Assembly: GCA_026395965.1 (NCBI GenBank)
Contig: JAPLXS010000012.1
Span: forward strand, 36,116 to 100,115
Direction: 5' to 3'
From: Candidatus Nomurabacteria bacterium
Lineage (GTDB): Bacteria; Patescibacteriota; Minisyncoccia; Phycocordibacterales; UBA9973
DNA: 64,000 nucleotides
Shown: positions 51,352 through 61,104 of the stretch, piece by piece
Position numbering within the stretch: the first letter of the stretch is position 1
Layout: each line of letters starts with the position of its first letter
Notes under the pieces: model-generated
Told to the model about the DNA's origin: nothing
The model's input: the letters and a program-made list of their open reading frames with translations, nothing else
Database searches by the model: none
Program-made: the position numbers and the translations under genes

Positions 51352-52767
51352 TTATGACAATAATTCTTTTAATATTTTCTGAACTAAACCTGGGTTTGCA
51401 CTACCCTTGCTTTCTTTCATAACTTGGCCCACTAGAGACATTATCGCATTTTCTTTACCACCCTTGTAGGTAGCGACAACTTCTGGGTTTGCATTAATTA
51501 TTTTCTGTACAATTTCTTTAAGAGCACCTTCATCATGGTTTTGTATCAATCCTTTGTCTTCAGCTATTTTGCGTGGAGATTCATCTTTTAGAACTATCAT
51601 AGCTAGTATGTCTTTTGCTCCACGAGATGATATTTCACTATCACTTACCATCACTATCAACTCTGCAAAGTTTTTACTATTGGGTAGTGTTACATCTTGG
51701 TTTATTTTCTTCATTCCTAAATAATCAGAAGTGATATAATTGGAAGCTATTTTTATCTTGTCTTTATTTGCTAAAATATTTGATACTTCTTCAAACCAGA
51801 TTCCCAAGTCTTGATCTGTAATATAACTTTCTATGTCTTCGTTTTTGATACCAAAATCATTTATGTATCTTATTCTTTTTGCTTCAGGAAGTTCTGGTAA
51901 CTCACTTCTCATTTTTTCATTATCAAAAACTTTACTCAAAAATAATTTTGGTAAATCTGGGTCTGGAAAATATCTATAATCGTTAGCATTTTCTTTTGAA
52001 CGCTGTGAAAATGTAGCCTGCTTGTTTTCATCCCAACCACGAGTTTCTTGAACTATCTCATGAGCACGGCCACTATCTAAAAGTTCAGTCATTCTTTTTA
52101 TTTCGTATTCAGCTGCTCTCTCTACTGCTTTAAATGAATTTATGTTTTTGACCTCACATTTTGTTCCGAGTTTATCCTTATCTTCTGAAATAGAAATATT
52201 TAATTCAACTCGCATTTGACCTTTGTCCATGTTGGCTTCTGAAACTCCAAGGTATTTTAGAAGTAGTTGGAGTTCTCTCCCAAAATCTCCTGCTTCTTTT
52301 GATGAATGTATAACAGGTTCTGTAACTAATTCCATAAGAGGTACTCCGCCGCGATTGAAATCAACAAGAGAAAAGTCCCCCTTGTCGTGCTTAGATGTAG
52401 CAGTATCTTCTTCTAAATGTACACGAGTAATATCTATACCGTGCAATTTACCTCCTGAAACTATCGGAAATTTGTATTGAGATATCTGGTACGCTTTTGG
52501 TATATCAGGGTAGAAATAATTTTTGCGATCAAATTCTGTGAAATCAGCAATATCGGCACCAAGAGCGAGTCCTACTCGTATAACGCTTTCAACTGCCTTT
52601 TTGTTGATAACAGGAAGACTTCCAGGGTGAGCCATACATACAGGACAAATATTTACATTTGGAGTTTTTTCATCTGGATTATTGATACATCCACAAAACA
52701 TTTTTGATTTGGTATTTAGTTCAGCGTGTACCTCGAGACCTATTGTTGTATAATACTGTTTAGACAT
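51352..52767 (-). CDS. gatB: Asp-tRNA(Asn)/Glu-tRNA(Gln) amidotransferase subunit B
   Basis: IGLEVH, RKNYFYPD, HLEED, KNINSF, YRYFPDPDL. Confidence 0.97.
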   Translation of the reverse strand: MSKQYYTTIGLEVHAELNTKSKMFCGCINNPDEKTPNVNICPVCMAHPGSLPVINKKAVESVIRVGLALGADIADFTEFDRKNYFYPDIPKAYQISQYKFPIVSGGKLHGIDITRVHLEEDTATSKHDKGDFSLVDFNRGGVPLMELVTEPVIHSSKEAGDFGRELQLLLKYLGVSEANMDKGQMRVELNISISEDKDKLGTKCEVKNINSFKAVERAAEYEIKRMTELLDSGRAHEIVQETRGWDENKQATFSQRSKENANDYRYFPDPDLPKLFLSKVFDNEKMRSELPELPEAKRIRYINDFGIKNEDIESYITDQDLGIWFEEVSNILANKDKIKIASNYITSDYLGMKKINQDVTLPNSKNFAELIVMVSDSEISSRGAKDILAMIVLKDESPRKIAEDKGLIQNHDEGALKEIVQKIINANPEVVATYKGGKENAIMSLVGQVMKESKGSANPGLVQKILKELLS

Positions 52768-52846
52768 ATAAAGAGTATATCAAAATTTGTAAAATTTTGA
52801 AAATTATGTAATTATATGAAGGTGTTTTAGTGTTAAAAGATGAATT

Positions 52847-52928
52847 GCCCGAGTGGCGGAACTGGTATACGCGCACGACTTAAAATCGTGTCTCGTAAGG
52901 GATGTGGGTTCGATTCCCACCTCGGGCA
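52847..52928 (+). tRNA. tRNA-Leu (anticodon TAA)
   Basis: GCCCGAG...CTCGGGC-A; anticodon arm CACGA-CTTAAAA-TCGTG; long variable arm; TTCGATT T-loop. Confidence 0.95.
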
Positions 52929-52968
52929 CAATAAAAAAATCACAGTGAAAGCTGTGATTTTTTTATTG

Positions 52969-53093
52969 TGCCCGAGAGTAAGCCAACTGCTTGGCTTGCG
53001 TGTGGGAATCGAAAGACTTTTCGTTCTCTGGCATTGGCCAGAGCGAAAAGTACCTGGCTAAGTAGTAGCCGATAAGTGTACTCACGGTCCCAC
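52969..53093 (+). ncRNA. tRNA-linked structured element, copy C (after tRNA-Leu)
   Basis: TGCCCGAG, hairpin, GTGGGAATCGAA, CTTTTC/GAAAAG stem, AGTAG-loop hairpin, GATAAGTGTACTCACGGTCCCAC. Confidence 0.6.
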
Positions 53094-53276
53094 TTTGCTT
53101 CACTCGTGAGGTGGGAATCGAAAACCTTTTCCTTATGAGTGTACTCACGATTCCACCGATGCAAAAGGTATACTGTTCCTGTAAGGAAAGATATCCCACT
53201 TGTGCTATTCGATATATGTACTCACGGTCCCAATGCTTCACTCGTGTGCGTCGATTAGTATACTCACTCTCCCACT
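53094..53276 (+). repeat. Degenerate tandem repeats of the element's terminal motif
   Basis: TGTACTCACG-like cores near 53140, 53217 and 53259; second GTGGGAATCGAA at 53111; TGCTTCACTCGTG at 53096 and 53234. Confidence 0.65.
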
Positions 53277-53299
53277 CACCTATTCAAAAAAAATACTCC

Positions 53300-53632
53300 C
53301 TATTGAGGAGTATTTCCATTTGAAATATTTTGAATATCTTTCTCTGTCGTAGTTTTTAAAACATTGTTAGATAAATTGTCTTGTATTTTTTTTAATTCTG
53401 AATTTGTTGTATCTATAAATATACCTACTACTTTCGATTTTATTGGTTTCAGGATATAATTTTCCCAAATATTTTTTGATTGCTCTTCAATATATGAAAT
53501 ATTTTTCTGAAATTGAACTGATTTTATGTTTGAAACTATATCTACTTTAAATAAAATTAAAATAACAATTATCAAGATGATTAATCCTCCTGTGTGTATT
53601 TGTAATCTTGGTTTTCTTTCGTCTTCGTTCAT
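53300..53632 (-). CDS. Hypothetical single-TM protein
   Basis: TM near the N-terminus. Confidence 0.7.
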   Translation of the reverse strand: MNEDERKPRLQIHTGGLIILIIVILILFKVDIVSNIKSVQFQKNISYIEEQSKNIWENYILKPIKSKVVGIFIDTTNSELKKIQDNLSNNVLKTTTEKDIQNISNGNTPQ

Positions 53633-53669
53633 AATTATATCTGTATTATATCATCTTAAATAAAATAAA

Positions 53670-54938
53670 CTACTTTTTTACCATAAGAGAAGTTATTTTT
53701 GGTAGATACAACCCAGGGTTGAGATATGCACTTAATGCCGCTATTGGTTGTGTAAATATTTTACCATTACAACTCTTACTTGGAACGGTATCTACTTTTA
53801 CACCATCTGATGCATATACCGCGACATGAAGATGCGGTCCTGTAGATGACCCTGTGTTACCCGAAAGAGCAACAACATCTCCTGCTTTAACAACTTGTCC
53901 TACGGTAGCATTTATCAATGATAAGTGCCCGTACGTGCTAGACAAACCATTGTTGTATCTTATAAAGACCCATTTACCAAAGGACGCTCCCCTACAAGCG
54001 ATATCTGTATCTCCTATTCCTTCTACAACACCTCCTGCCATTGCCATAACTTGAGTTCCGACAGATGCTCTAAAATCGAGTCCGTAATGGAATTTACCCC
54101 ATCTAGAACCATATGGCGATGTAATCAATACTAGATTTAGAGGCCAAGATAAAACTCCTGAACCTTCTTTTGGTAAAAGTTTTGGATTTAATATAAATTT
54201 AAGTTGAGCCTCGTAGTCTTCTAATGCTTTATCAAAAGCATCTCTCTTTTTTATTTTGTCAGCCAATAACTTTTGATATTCTGCTTCTTTGTTTTTAGTT
54301 TGATTTAGTAATGTATCTTTTTCTTTTTTTGCAATAACTACTACTTTTTCTTTTTCGATTAGATTATTTTTGAGTGTATTTAGGTTTTGTTGCTCACCTT
54401 CTTTTAGTGTTTTCGATGTTAGTAATTCTTTCTTTTTTAATGATACATTTACAATATTTTTCCCAATTTGTTCATTTAAAGTCATAACATCATTGTATTC
54501 ACGACTAAATTCTGTAAAATTACCAACAGTAAGCAATCTCTCAATCATGGGAGTATCATCACTTTGGTTTAAATCTTTAATCATCACATTTATTGATTTT
54601 TTAGAAAGATCTATGGATTTTTGCTTTTCTATTATACCTCCAGATATAGTTTGGATTACTAAACCAGTAGCTGTAATTTTTTTTTGTATTTGCTCTTTTT
54701 CCTTTATTAATTTATTTCTAGTAAGAGTTAACTCTTTGATGGTATTAGATAAGGTATTTGATTTTTGGCTTGTATCTGATATTTGAGCTTGGTATTGTTT
54801 TATCTCTTTATCAAGTGCATCTATCTGTGCATTTGTAGCACTTATTTGCATTTGCACTTCATCTACCGTCAAAGCATTGGCCTGAAAGGAAATAAAATAT
54901 GATATTAAAATAATAAAAATAATTAGTTTTTTCATCAA
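53670..54938 (-). CDS. Coiled-coil M23 peptidase (EnvC-like murein hydrolase or activator)
   Basis: Signal peptide, coiled coil, HYGLD, YGHL, GNTGSSTGPHLH. Confidence 0.9.
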   Translation of the reverse strand: MMKKLIIFIILISYFISFQANALTVDEVQMQISATNAQIDALDKEIKQYQAQISDTSQKSNTLSNTIKELTLTRNKLIKEKEQIQKKITATGLVIQTISGGIIEKQKSIDLSKKSINVMIKDLNQSDDTPMIERLLTVGNFTEFSREYNDVMTLNEQIGKNIVNVSLKKKELLTSKTLKEGEQQNLNTLKNNLIEKEKVVVIAKKEKDTLLNQTKNKEAEYQKLLADKIKKRDAFDKALEDYEAQLKFILNPKLLPKEGSGVLSWPLNLVLITSPYGSRWGKFHYGLDFRASVGTQVMAMAGGVVEGIGDTDIACRGASFGKWVFIRYNNGLSSTYGHLSLINATVGQVVKAGDVVALSGNTGSSTGPHLHVAVYASDGVKVDTVPSKSCNGKIFTQPIAALSAYLNPGLYLPKITSLMVKK

Positions 54939-54947
54939 TGCTTTGTT

Positions 54948-56429
54948 CTATATTTTTAAAGTAGCTATAGCGTTGTTTAGACGATTAATAGTTTCATCTT
55001 TACCAAGAATTTCGGCCAAAATAAATGGATCTGGAGATTTATCTTGTCCAGACAAAGCAAAACGCATTGGCCATAGGATATCACCTCTTCCAACTTTTTC
55101 AGCATATTCCCATATTTTATTTTTAATATTTTCCTTATTGAAATCTGAGTTTGAAATATCTTCAAATAAAGACACAGCATCTATAATATACTTAGATAAT
55201 ATCTCATACTTATTTTCTTGTGGTATTTTTGATGATTTGAAAAAAAGTGAATCTTTCTTGTAGATTGGCTGACTGAAATAATAAGCAAGATCACCATTTT
55301 TCACCATTTCAATTAAATCTTTTGCGTTTCGGATCCTCTCTAAGATAATAGGTGTAATATTTTCAACTATTTTTGTTGAAAAATTGGGCAAATTTTTGAT
55401 ATTTTCTGGGAGATATTTTGAAATATATTCTATTTGTTTATCAATGGAAAGTAGTTTCAAGTGTTCATGATTTATCCAATCCAATTTTTCTTCGTTGAAC
55501 TGACCTCCACTGATATGTATCTGTTTTATATCAAAAATATTTACGAACTGTTCTGGTGTAATGATCTCTTTATCACCTCCAGGATTCCATCCAATAAAAG
55601 CTAGGAAATTCATCATTGCTTCAGGTAAATATCCTTCATTTTCATATTCTAAAAAATCTTTTGCTCCATCTCTTTTGCCTAGCTTTTTTTTACCACCTTG
55701 CCCCATTATAGGAGGAAGCATCACAAACTCAGGCCTTTCTATTTCTAGGGCTTCATATAGTGAAAGGAATTTTGGTGTTGAAGATATAAATTCATCACCA
55801 CGCATTATGTGAGTTACTCCCATTTCAAAATCATCTATAATATGCGCAAAATTATAAGTTGGATATCCATCCCCTTTGATTAATATAAAATCATCAAGAG
55901 CTTCAGGTCCGGCTTTTAAATGACCACGAACCATATCTTCCCATTCATAACTTTTTATGTTTGGAACTTTAAATCTAAGTGGTTTCTTTCCATCCCAAAT
56001 TGGAGGGTTTTCTGGTCTATGGTCTCTATATAAAAATGGTCTTTTTTCTTCATCAGCTTTATTTCTAAAAGCCTCAACCTCCTCTTCTGTATAAGGATCA
56101 GAATATGCTAAACCTTTATCTATTAAGATTTTTGCATATTTAATATACGATTCCAATCTTTCAGATTGCTTGTAGGATGCATTGGGACCTCCAATGTCAG
56201 GACCTTCATTCCATTCTATTCCAATCCATTTCAATGAAGCAATAACATGTTCTATAGAACCTTCTACTTCACGAGCTTTATCTGTATCTTCGATTCGTAA
56301 TATAAAAGTACCATTATTTTTCTTTGCAAAAGCCCATGCATACAAAGCAGTACGAATATTGCCTACATGTACAAATCCTGTTGGTGAAGGAGCAAAACGA
56401 GTAATAATTTTTTTATTTGGATTATTCAT
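54948..56429 (-). CDS. gltX: Glutamate--tRNA ligase
   Basis: RFAPSPTG, HVGN, RIEDTD, KLGKR. Confidence 0.96.
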   Translation of the reverse strand: MNNPNKKIITRFAPSPTGFVHVGNIRTALYAWAFAKKNNGTFILRIEDTDKAREVEGSIEHVIASLKWIGIEWNEGPDIGGPNASYKQSERLESYIKYAKILIDKGLAYSDPYTEEEVEAFRNKADEEKRPFLYRDHRPENPPIWDGKKPLRFKVPNIKSYEWEDMVRGHLKAGPEALDDFILIKGDGYPTYNFAHIIDDFEMGVTHIMRGDEFISSTPKFLSLYEALEIERPEFVMLPPIMGQGGKKKLGKRDGAKDFLEYENEGYLPEAMMNFLAFIGWNPGGDKEIITPEQFVNIFDIKQIHISGGQFNEEKLDWINHEHLKLLSIDKQIEYISKYLPENIKNLPNFSTKIVENITPIILERIRNAKDLIEMVKNGDLAYYFSQPIYKKDSLFFKSSKIPQENKYEILSKYIIDAVSLFEDISNSDFNKENIKNKIWEYAEKVGRGDILWPMRFALSGQDKSPDPFILAEILGKDETINRLNNAIATLKI

Positions 56430-57549
56430 AGTGAGTCAATGCTATATTTATGGCTGATTGGGCTATTTTTTCTGCTGCTGTAGGTATGGCAAATGCTAAT
56501 GCATTTTCTTTCATAGAAGAAAGTTTTTGTGGTGAAGACAAGAGTTTGTCTATCTCTGAAATAAATAAATGTGAAGTTAGATTTGATTCCTCTACAACTT
56601 CACAAGCTCCATTTCTTGCATAGTTAAAAGCATTTTTTCTCTGGTGGTTTCCGTTAGAATTTGTGATAGGAATTATTATAGAAGGAGTACCCCAAGATGC
56701 TATTTCAAAAATAGCTGATCCAGCACGTGATATGACAAGATCTGCACACCCTGCTGCCATTCTTGTTGATAAATTATTTAAATATGGCATTGGAACATAT
56801 TTTTCAATATTCGGATTATTTTCCATTGTTAGTTTTGAACGAGCCAATACATCATTTATGTTGTTAACTCCTGTTTGGTGAATAATTTGATATCTATTTA
56901 ATAATTCAGGGATAGTATCTATTATTATATTGTTGATAATTTCAGCACCTTGAGAGCCACCCAAAACTAGAATTGTGGGTATGTTTGGACTAAGTTTAAA
57001 AAATTCATGAGCTCCGTTTTTGTCGCCATGCAAAATTTCTTTACGAATTGGTTGTCCTGTAAGAGCAGTTTTTTCTTGTGGTAAATACTCTGCTGCTTCA
57101 GGCCAAGATATAGCAATCTCTTTAGCAAATTTTGCAGTCCAAATATTTAGTCTTCCTGGATATGAATCTGACTCGTGTACTATAACAGGTATTCGAAGTA
57201 ATTTGGCTGCAAAAACTGCTGGAAATGCAGCATATCCACCTTTGGATATGACAATATCTGGATATATAAAAAACATACTAAGTAAACCAAAAAATGCTCC
57301 TGTTGCTGTTTTGAATATATCAAAAAAATTTTGGATAGAAAAATAAGTACGCATTTTGCCAGATGGAATCTGCACAAAGGTAATTTTATTTTCAAATAGC
57401 ATACGTTTATCGTATGGTTTATCTGCCATATAGTAAATTTTAATATCTACTATCTTTTGTTTATCTGCAACTTCAACAAGTTTTTCTGCAATAGCAATAA
57501 GAGGATAAAAATGTCCACCCGTGCCACCACCCGTAAGTAATATTTTCAT
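56422..57549 (-). CDS. murG: UDP-GlcNAc:lipid I GlcNAc transferase
   Basis: TGGGTGGH, GGY, GGSQG, SRAG, HQRKNA. Confidence 0.95.
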   Translation of the reverse strand: MKILLTGGGTGGHFYPLIAIAEKLVEVADKQKIVDIKIYYMADKPYDKRMLFENKITFVQIPSGKMRTYFSIQNFFDIFKTATGAFFGLLSMFFIYPDIVISKGGYAAFPAVFAAKLLRIPVIVHESDSYPGRLNIWTAKFAKEIAISWPEAAEYLPQEKTALTGQPIRKEILHGDKNGAHEFFKLSPNIPTILVLGGSQGAEIINNIIIDTIPELLNRYQIIHQTGVNNINDVLARSKLTMENNPNIEKYVPMPYLNNLSTRMAAGCADLVISRAGSAIFEIASWGTPSIIIPITNSNGNHQRKNAFNYARNGACEVVEESNLTSHLFISEIDKLLSSPQKLSSMKENALAFAIPTAAEKIAQSAINIALTHYE

Positions 57550-57576
57550 ATATTTTATATTGTAGCTTATTTTCTC

Positions 57577-58695
57577 TTATCTTTCTAGACCCTGTTTGCT
57601 TTGAAAGCGTGAAATATTTAAAACAATACCCATCATTCCTAGTGATAAAAGCAAAGCCGTTCCTCCGTGTGAGATAAAAACAAGTGGAACTCCTGTAAGT
57701 GGAAAAACTCCAATAATAGAAGCTATATTCATAAATGATTGAGCTGTGATTATCGTTATGAATCCTATTACAACAAGTTTACTAAAAGAATCTGGTGCAT
57801 TCCTAAGTGCAATACGAAATCCTCTCATTGCAAAAGCTATATACAAACATATTAAAACTGTTACTCCGACAAATCCAAGTTCTTCTCCTATAACTGCAAA
57901 TATTGAATCCCCTTGAGGTTCAGGTAAATAATTGAATTTTTGAATACTTTGACCTAATCCTCTTCCAAATAATCCACCTGAACCAACAGCAATAAGTGAT
58001 TGCTGTAACTGATACGATGATCCTCTGCTGTTTTCACTTGGGTTTAAAAATGTATTAACTCTTTCTTTTAGATATGGCTGAAAAGAAACTAATATAGCAA
58101 AACCTACAATTGCGACAAAGAAAAATCCTAGAATATGTTTTATTGGTGTACCTGATACAAACAACATAGTTAGAGATGTAATAGTTATCAGTATCAAACT
58201 TTTTGTATCTGGTTGTTTAAGTAAAACAGTAGCTATAATACCTATAAATATTATCAGAGGTAATATACTAAAAAGCGGATCTTTTACTTTTCCTTTTACC
58301 CATGATAGCCAAGCAGCAAAGTAAATAATAAATCCAATTTTTAAAAACTCAACAGGCTGAAAAGAAAAACCCATGATGTCTACCCATCTACGAGCACCAC
58401 CATGAGACTGGCCCAATCCTGGTATAAAAACAAGCCCTGTCAATACGATAGAGGTGATAAATAAAACTAGTGAATATTCTTTAAAGAATTTATATGGTAT
58501 TTTGAGTCCTATAAATAAAGCAATTAATCCGCCCAAAAAACCTAAAACAAATTGGCCGAAAATAACCCCATAAAACTTTGTTTCATTTTTGGCTAGGATC
58601 CCCAAAGAAGCGGAGGTAAAAGTAATAAGCCCTATTATTACCAAAGCAATAACTATTCCAAAAAATATTTTATCTATTTTGTTTTTTTTCTTCAT
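57577..58695 (-). CDS. ftsW: SEDS peptidoglycan glycosyltransferase FtsW
   Basis: GARRW, QPVE, QPD, GSGG..G.G.G.S.QK..YLPE, GEELG, TGVPL. Confidence 0.9.
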   Translation of the reverse strand: MKKKNKIDKIFFGIVIALVIIGLITFTSASLGILAKNETKFYGVIFGQFVLGFLGGLIALFIGLKIPYKFFKEYSLVLFITSIVLTGLVFIPGLGQSHGGARRWVDIMGFSFQPVEFLKIGFIIYFAAWLSWVKGKVKDPLFSILPLIIFIGIIATVLLKQPDTKSLILITITSLTMLFVSGTPIKHILGFFFVAIVGFAILVSFQPYLKERVNTFLNPSENSRGSSYQLQQSLIAVGSGGLFGRGLGQSIQKFNYLPEPQGDSIFAVIGEELGFVGVTVLICLYIAFAMRGFRIALRNAPDSFSKLVVIGFITIITAQSFMNIASIIGVFPLTGVPLVFISHGGTALLLSLGMMGIVLNISRFQSKQGLER

Positions 58696-58722
58696 TATAT
58701 TCTTGGTAAAAATTTAAATTGA

Positions 58723-59781
58723 TTAATCAATAAAAGAAATAATGACTCCTAATATAGATGTCATGATACCTACAATCCAATAACGCATAGTTACTTTGTA
58801 TTTAGGCCAACCAAGTGCTTCAAAGTGATGATGTAATGGTGCAAATAAAAATACCTTTTTACCATTTCTAAATTTACGAGATGTCATTTGAATAACATTT
58901 GAGAGTGATGTTATAAAAAGTGGAAATGCAATTATAGGTAGAAGTAGCACTGTATTTGTCATAAATGCTATTACAGAAAGAGTCACAGTGAGCCCTATCA
59001 TACCTGACTCTCCCATATAAAAACGTGCTGGAGGTATGTTGAACCACAAAAATGCCATTATTCCACCTGTTATTACAGCACAAAAAGCAGCTATATCTAA
59101 TTGATTGTTAAAATACGCTATGAGCGTGTAAGACATGAAAATAGAAGCCAGAACCCCACCAGAAAGACCATCTATTCCATCTATTACACTAGATGACCAA
59201 AGTGATAACATTATAAAAATAAAAAATGGAATAAATAAATAACCTAAGTGTACAAATCCATACCATGGAATATATAAATCAGAAACACCCAATTTGATAT
59301 AAAACCAATAACCGATTATTGTACCCAATAATAAAATAATTCCAACTTTTATATATCTAAGTACAATCGGATCTGAAGACCATTTACCTCTACCAAAAAT
59401 TTGCAGAAAATCATCTCCAAGTCCAACCAGTGATGCAAGTATTAAAGTAAAAAAAGGGAGCAGTGTTTGATTGCGACTAATAAAATATAATTTGTTGGTT
59501 AGTTTATTGCTAAATATTGTATCAATGATCCAAATAATAGCTATCGTTAATATTACAGAAATCCAAATAATCATTCCTCCTGTGCGAGGTGTAGATATTT
59601 CAGCTTTATCGTCATGAATTTTAGCAAACCCACCTATCTCTGATGTTGCGATATTTTTGCTTCTTGAAGTATGACGCCACATTTTATACTTATAAAAATA
59701 ATGAGTAGCTAGAGGTGTAAGAATTATACCAACGATAAAACTTACTATGGCTGGAAGGAAAATTTTTAATGCATTAGTCAT
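58723..59781 (-). CDS. mraY: Phospho-N-acetylmuramoyl-pentapeptide transferase
   Basis: TPRTGG, GLGDD, DGIDGL, FN.PPARFYMG, APLHHHFE. Confidence 0.92.
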   Translation of the reverse strand: MTNALKIFLPAIVSFIVGIILTPLATHYFYKYKMWRHTSRSKNIATSEIGGFAKIHDDKAEISTPRTGGMIIWISVILTIAIIWIIDTIFSNKLTNKLYFISRNQTLLPFFTLILASLVGLGDDFLQIFGRGKWSSDPIVLRYIKVGIILLLGTIIGYWFYIKLGVSDLYIPWYGFVHLGYLFIPFFIFIMLSLWSSSVIDGIDGLSGGVLASIFMSYTLIAYFNNQLDIAAFCAVITGGIMAFLWFNIPPARFYMGESGMIGLTVTLSVIAFMTNTVLLLPIIAFPLFITSLSNVIQMTSRKFRNGKKVFLFAPLHHHFEALGWPKYKVTMRYWIVGIMTSILGVIISFID

Positions 59782-60313
59782 TTGTTTCTTCTTGTTTAAT
59801 AACTTCTTGTAATTGTGTTCTTACTTCATTGTATTTAGGTAATTGTTCAATAGAAGTTATGCCCATAAATGACAATGTATCAAAAGTTGGTCTATAAAGT
59901 ATACGTCGAGTATCTTTAGGATCCATAATCTTTTCAACAAGACCACGAACAAGTAGGTTTCGTAATATAAAACTAGAATTAACTCCGCGTATATAGTCTA
60001 TTTCACTACGTGATACTCCGTTTTTGTATAAAACGATAGAAAGTGTTTCAAGTGATGATTTTGTAAGTTCTTTTGTAATCTCATCTTTGCGTATTGATTC
60101 TATAAGAGGGCTTAACTCACTCGTGATACCAAGAACAACACAATCATCTTTTCTAACAAGTACTAGCCCACGACCAGATAAAGATAATTCAAGCTTTTTT
60201 AAAGATTCTTCTATTTCTTCTGTACTCACCTTCAAAAGTTCTGCCAATTTTTTGATTTGAACATCTTCCCCTTTATAAAAAAGTAATCCTTCTATTTTTG
60301 ATTCTAATTGCAT
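59774..60313 (-). CDS. scpB: SMC-Scp complex subunit ScpB
   Basis: IEGLLF, SLETLSIVLY, SRSEIDYIRGVNS. Confidence 0.92.
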   Translation of the reverse strand: MQLESKIEGLLFYKGEDVQIKKLAELLKVSTEEIEESLKKLELSLSGRGLVLVRKDDCVVLGITSELSPLIESIRKDEITKELTKSSLETLSIVLYKNGVSRSEIDYIRGVNSSFILRNLLVRGLVEKIMDPKDTRRILYRPTFDTLSFMGITSIEQLPKYNEVRTQLQEVIKQEETND

Positions 60314-60318
60314 ATAAT

Positions 60319-61095
60319 TTAAATTTGTTGAGGTATAGCCTCTGTAGTATTTTGCTTATTAATTTCTATATCTCCAAATGATGTATTTTGAATTACATCT
60401 ATTATTCCCTCTCTTACCAATTCTAACATAGCAAGAAATGAAATAATAACATGAACTTTTGCTTCTTCTTGATTTTCTGCTCCACTACCTTCTGTAAATT
60501 TTTTAAACGACAAATTTATAGCATTTTGTATTCTGTCTGTTAAACTATTTATTATCTCATCTATGTTTATTATCTTTCTAACTTCGATTTCTGGCAGTTT
60601 TTCAGTCTTTTTAGGTGTATGAGCCAATACTTCAGATATCGAGACAAATATACTATCTTGAGTTATTAGTGGGTCAGGAGAAAAAAGAGATTCGCTCCAG
60701 ATACGTTCATTGGGCATGAATATTATTTTAGTACCAAAATTATTACTTACCTCTATACTTGCTTCTTTAATTATTTTAAATAATTTAAGTCTAGCTTCTA
60801 AGTCTACTATTTTTTCTTCTTCGTCTTCTGTTAGAGATAAGTTTGGTAAAAGAGATTTTGATTTTATGAGTATAAGAGTTGCAGCTATTAGTATAAAGTA
60901 CGAGACATCTTCAATGTGTTTTTCTGTTGGTATATCAGAAAATGATTTTATGTAGTTTATATAATCATTTGTAACTTCTGCCAAAGATATTTCGTTTACG
61001 AAAAGTTTCCTAGTCTCTATAAGTGAAAGTAGCAATTCGAGCGGTCCCTCAAATGTACCTTGTTTTATTTGATATGGTGAATAAATATCAGGCAT
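60319..61095 (-). CDS. scpA: SMC-Scp complex subunit ScpA
   Basis: FEGPLELLL.LI, IKSKSLLP, FLAMLEL. Confidence 0.92.
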   Translation of the reverse strand: MPDIYSPYQIKQGTFEGPLELLLSLIETRKLFVNEISLAEVTNDYINYIKSFSDIPTEKHIEDVSYFILIAATLILIKSKSLLPNLSLTEDEEEKIVDLEARLKLFKIIKEASIEVSNNFGTKIIFMPNERIWSESLFSPDPLITQDSIFVSISEVLAHTPKKTEKLPEIEVRKIINIDEIINSLTDRIQNAINLSFKKFTEGSGAENQEEAKVHVIISFLAMLELVREGIIDVIQNTSFGDIEINKQNTTEAIPQQI

Positions 61096-61104
61096 TATTT
61101 ATGA

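Noticed and set aside
53071-53276. Possible CRISPR array
   Set aside because: The repeats are degenerate, spacing is uneven, spacers share sequence with each other, and no cas genes are in the window.
52840-53323. ORFs 52840..53061, 52940..53164, 52963..53241 and 53111..53323
   Set aside because: They overlap tRNA-Leu and the structured repeats; the recurring DREY peptide only mirrors the DNA repeat.
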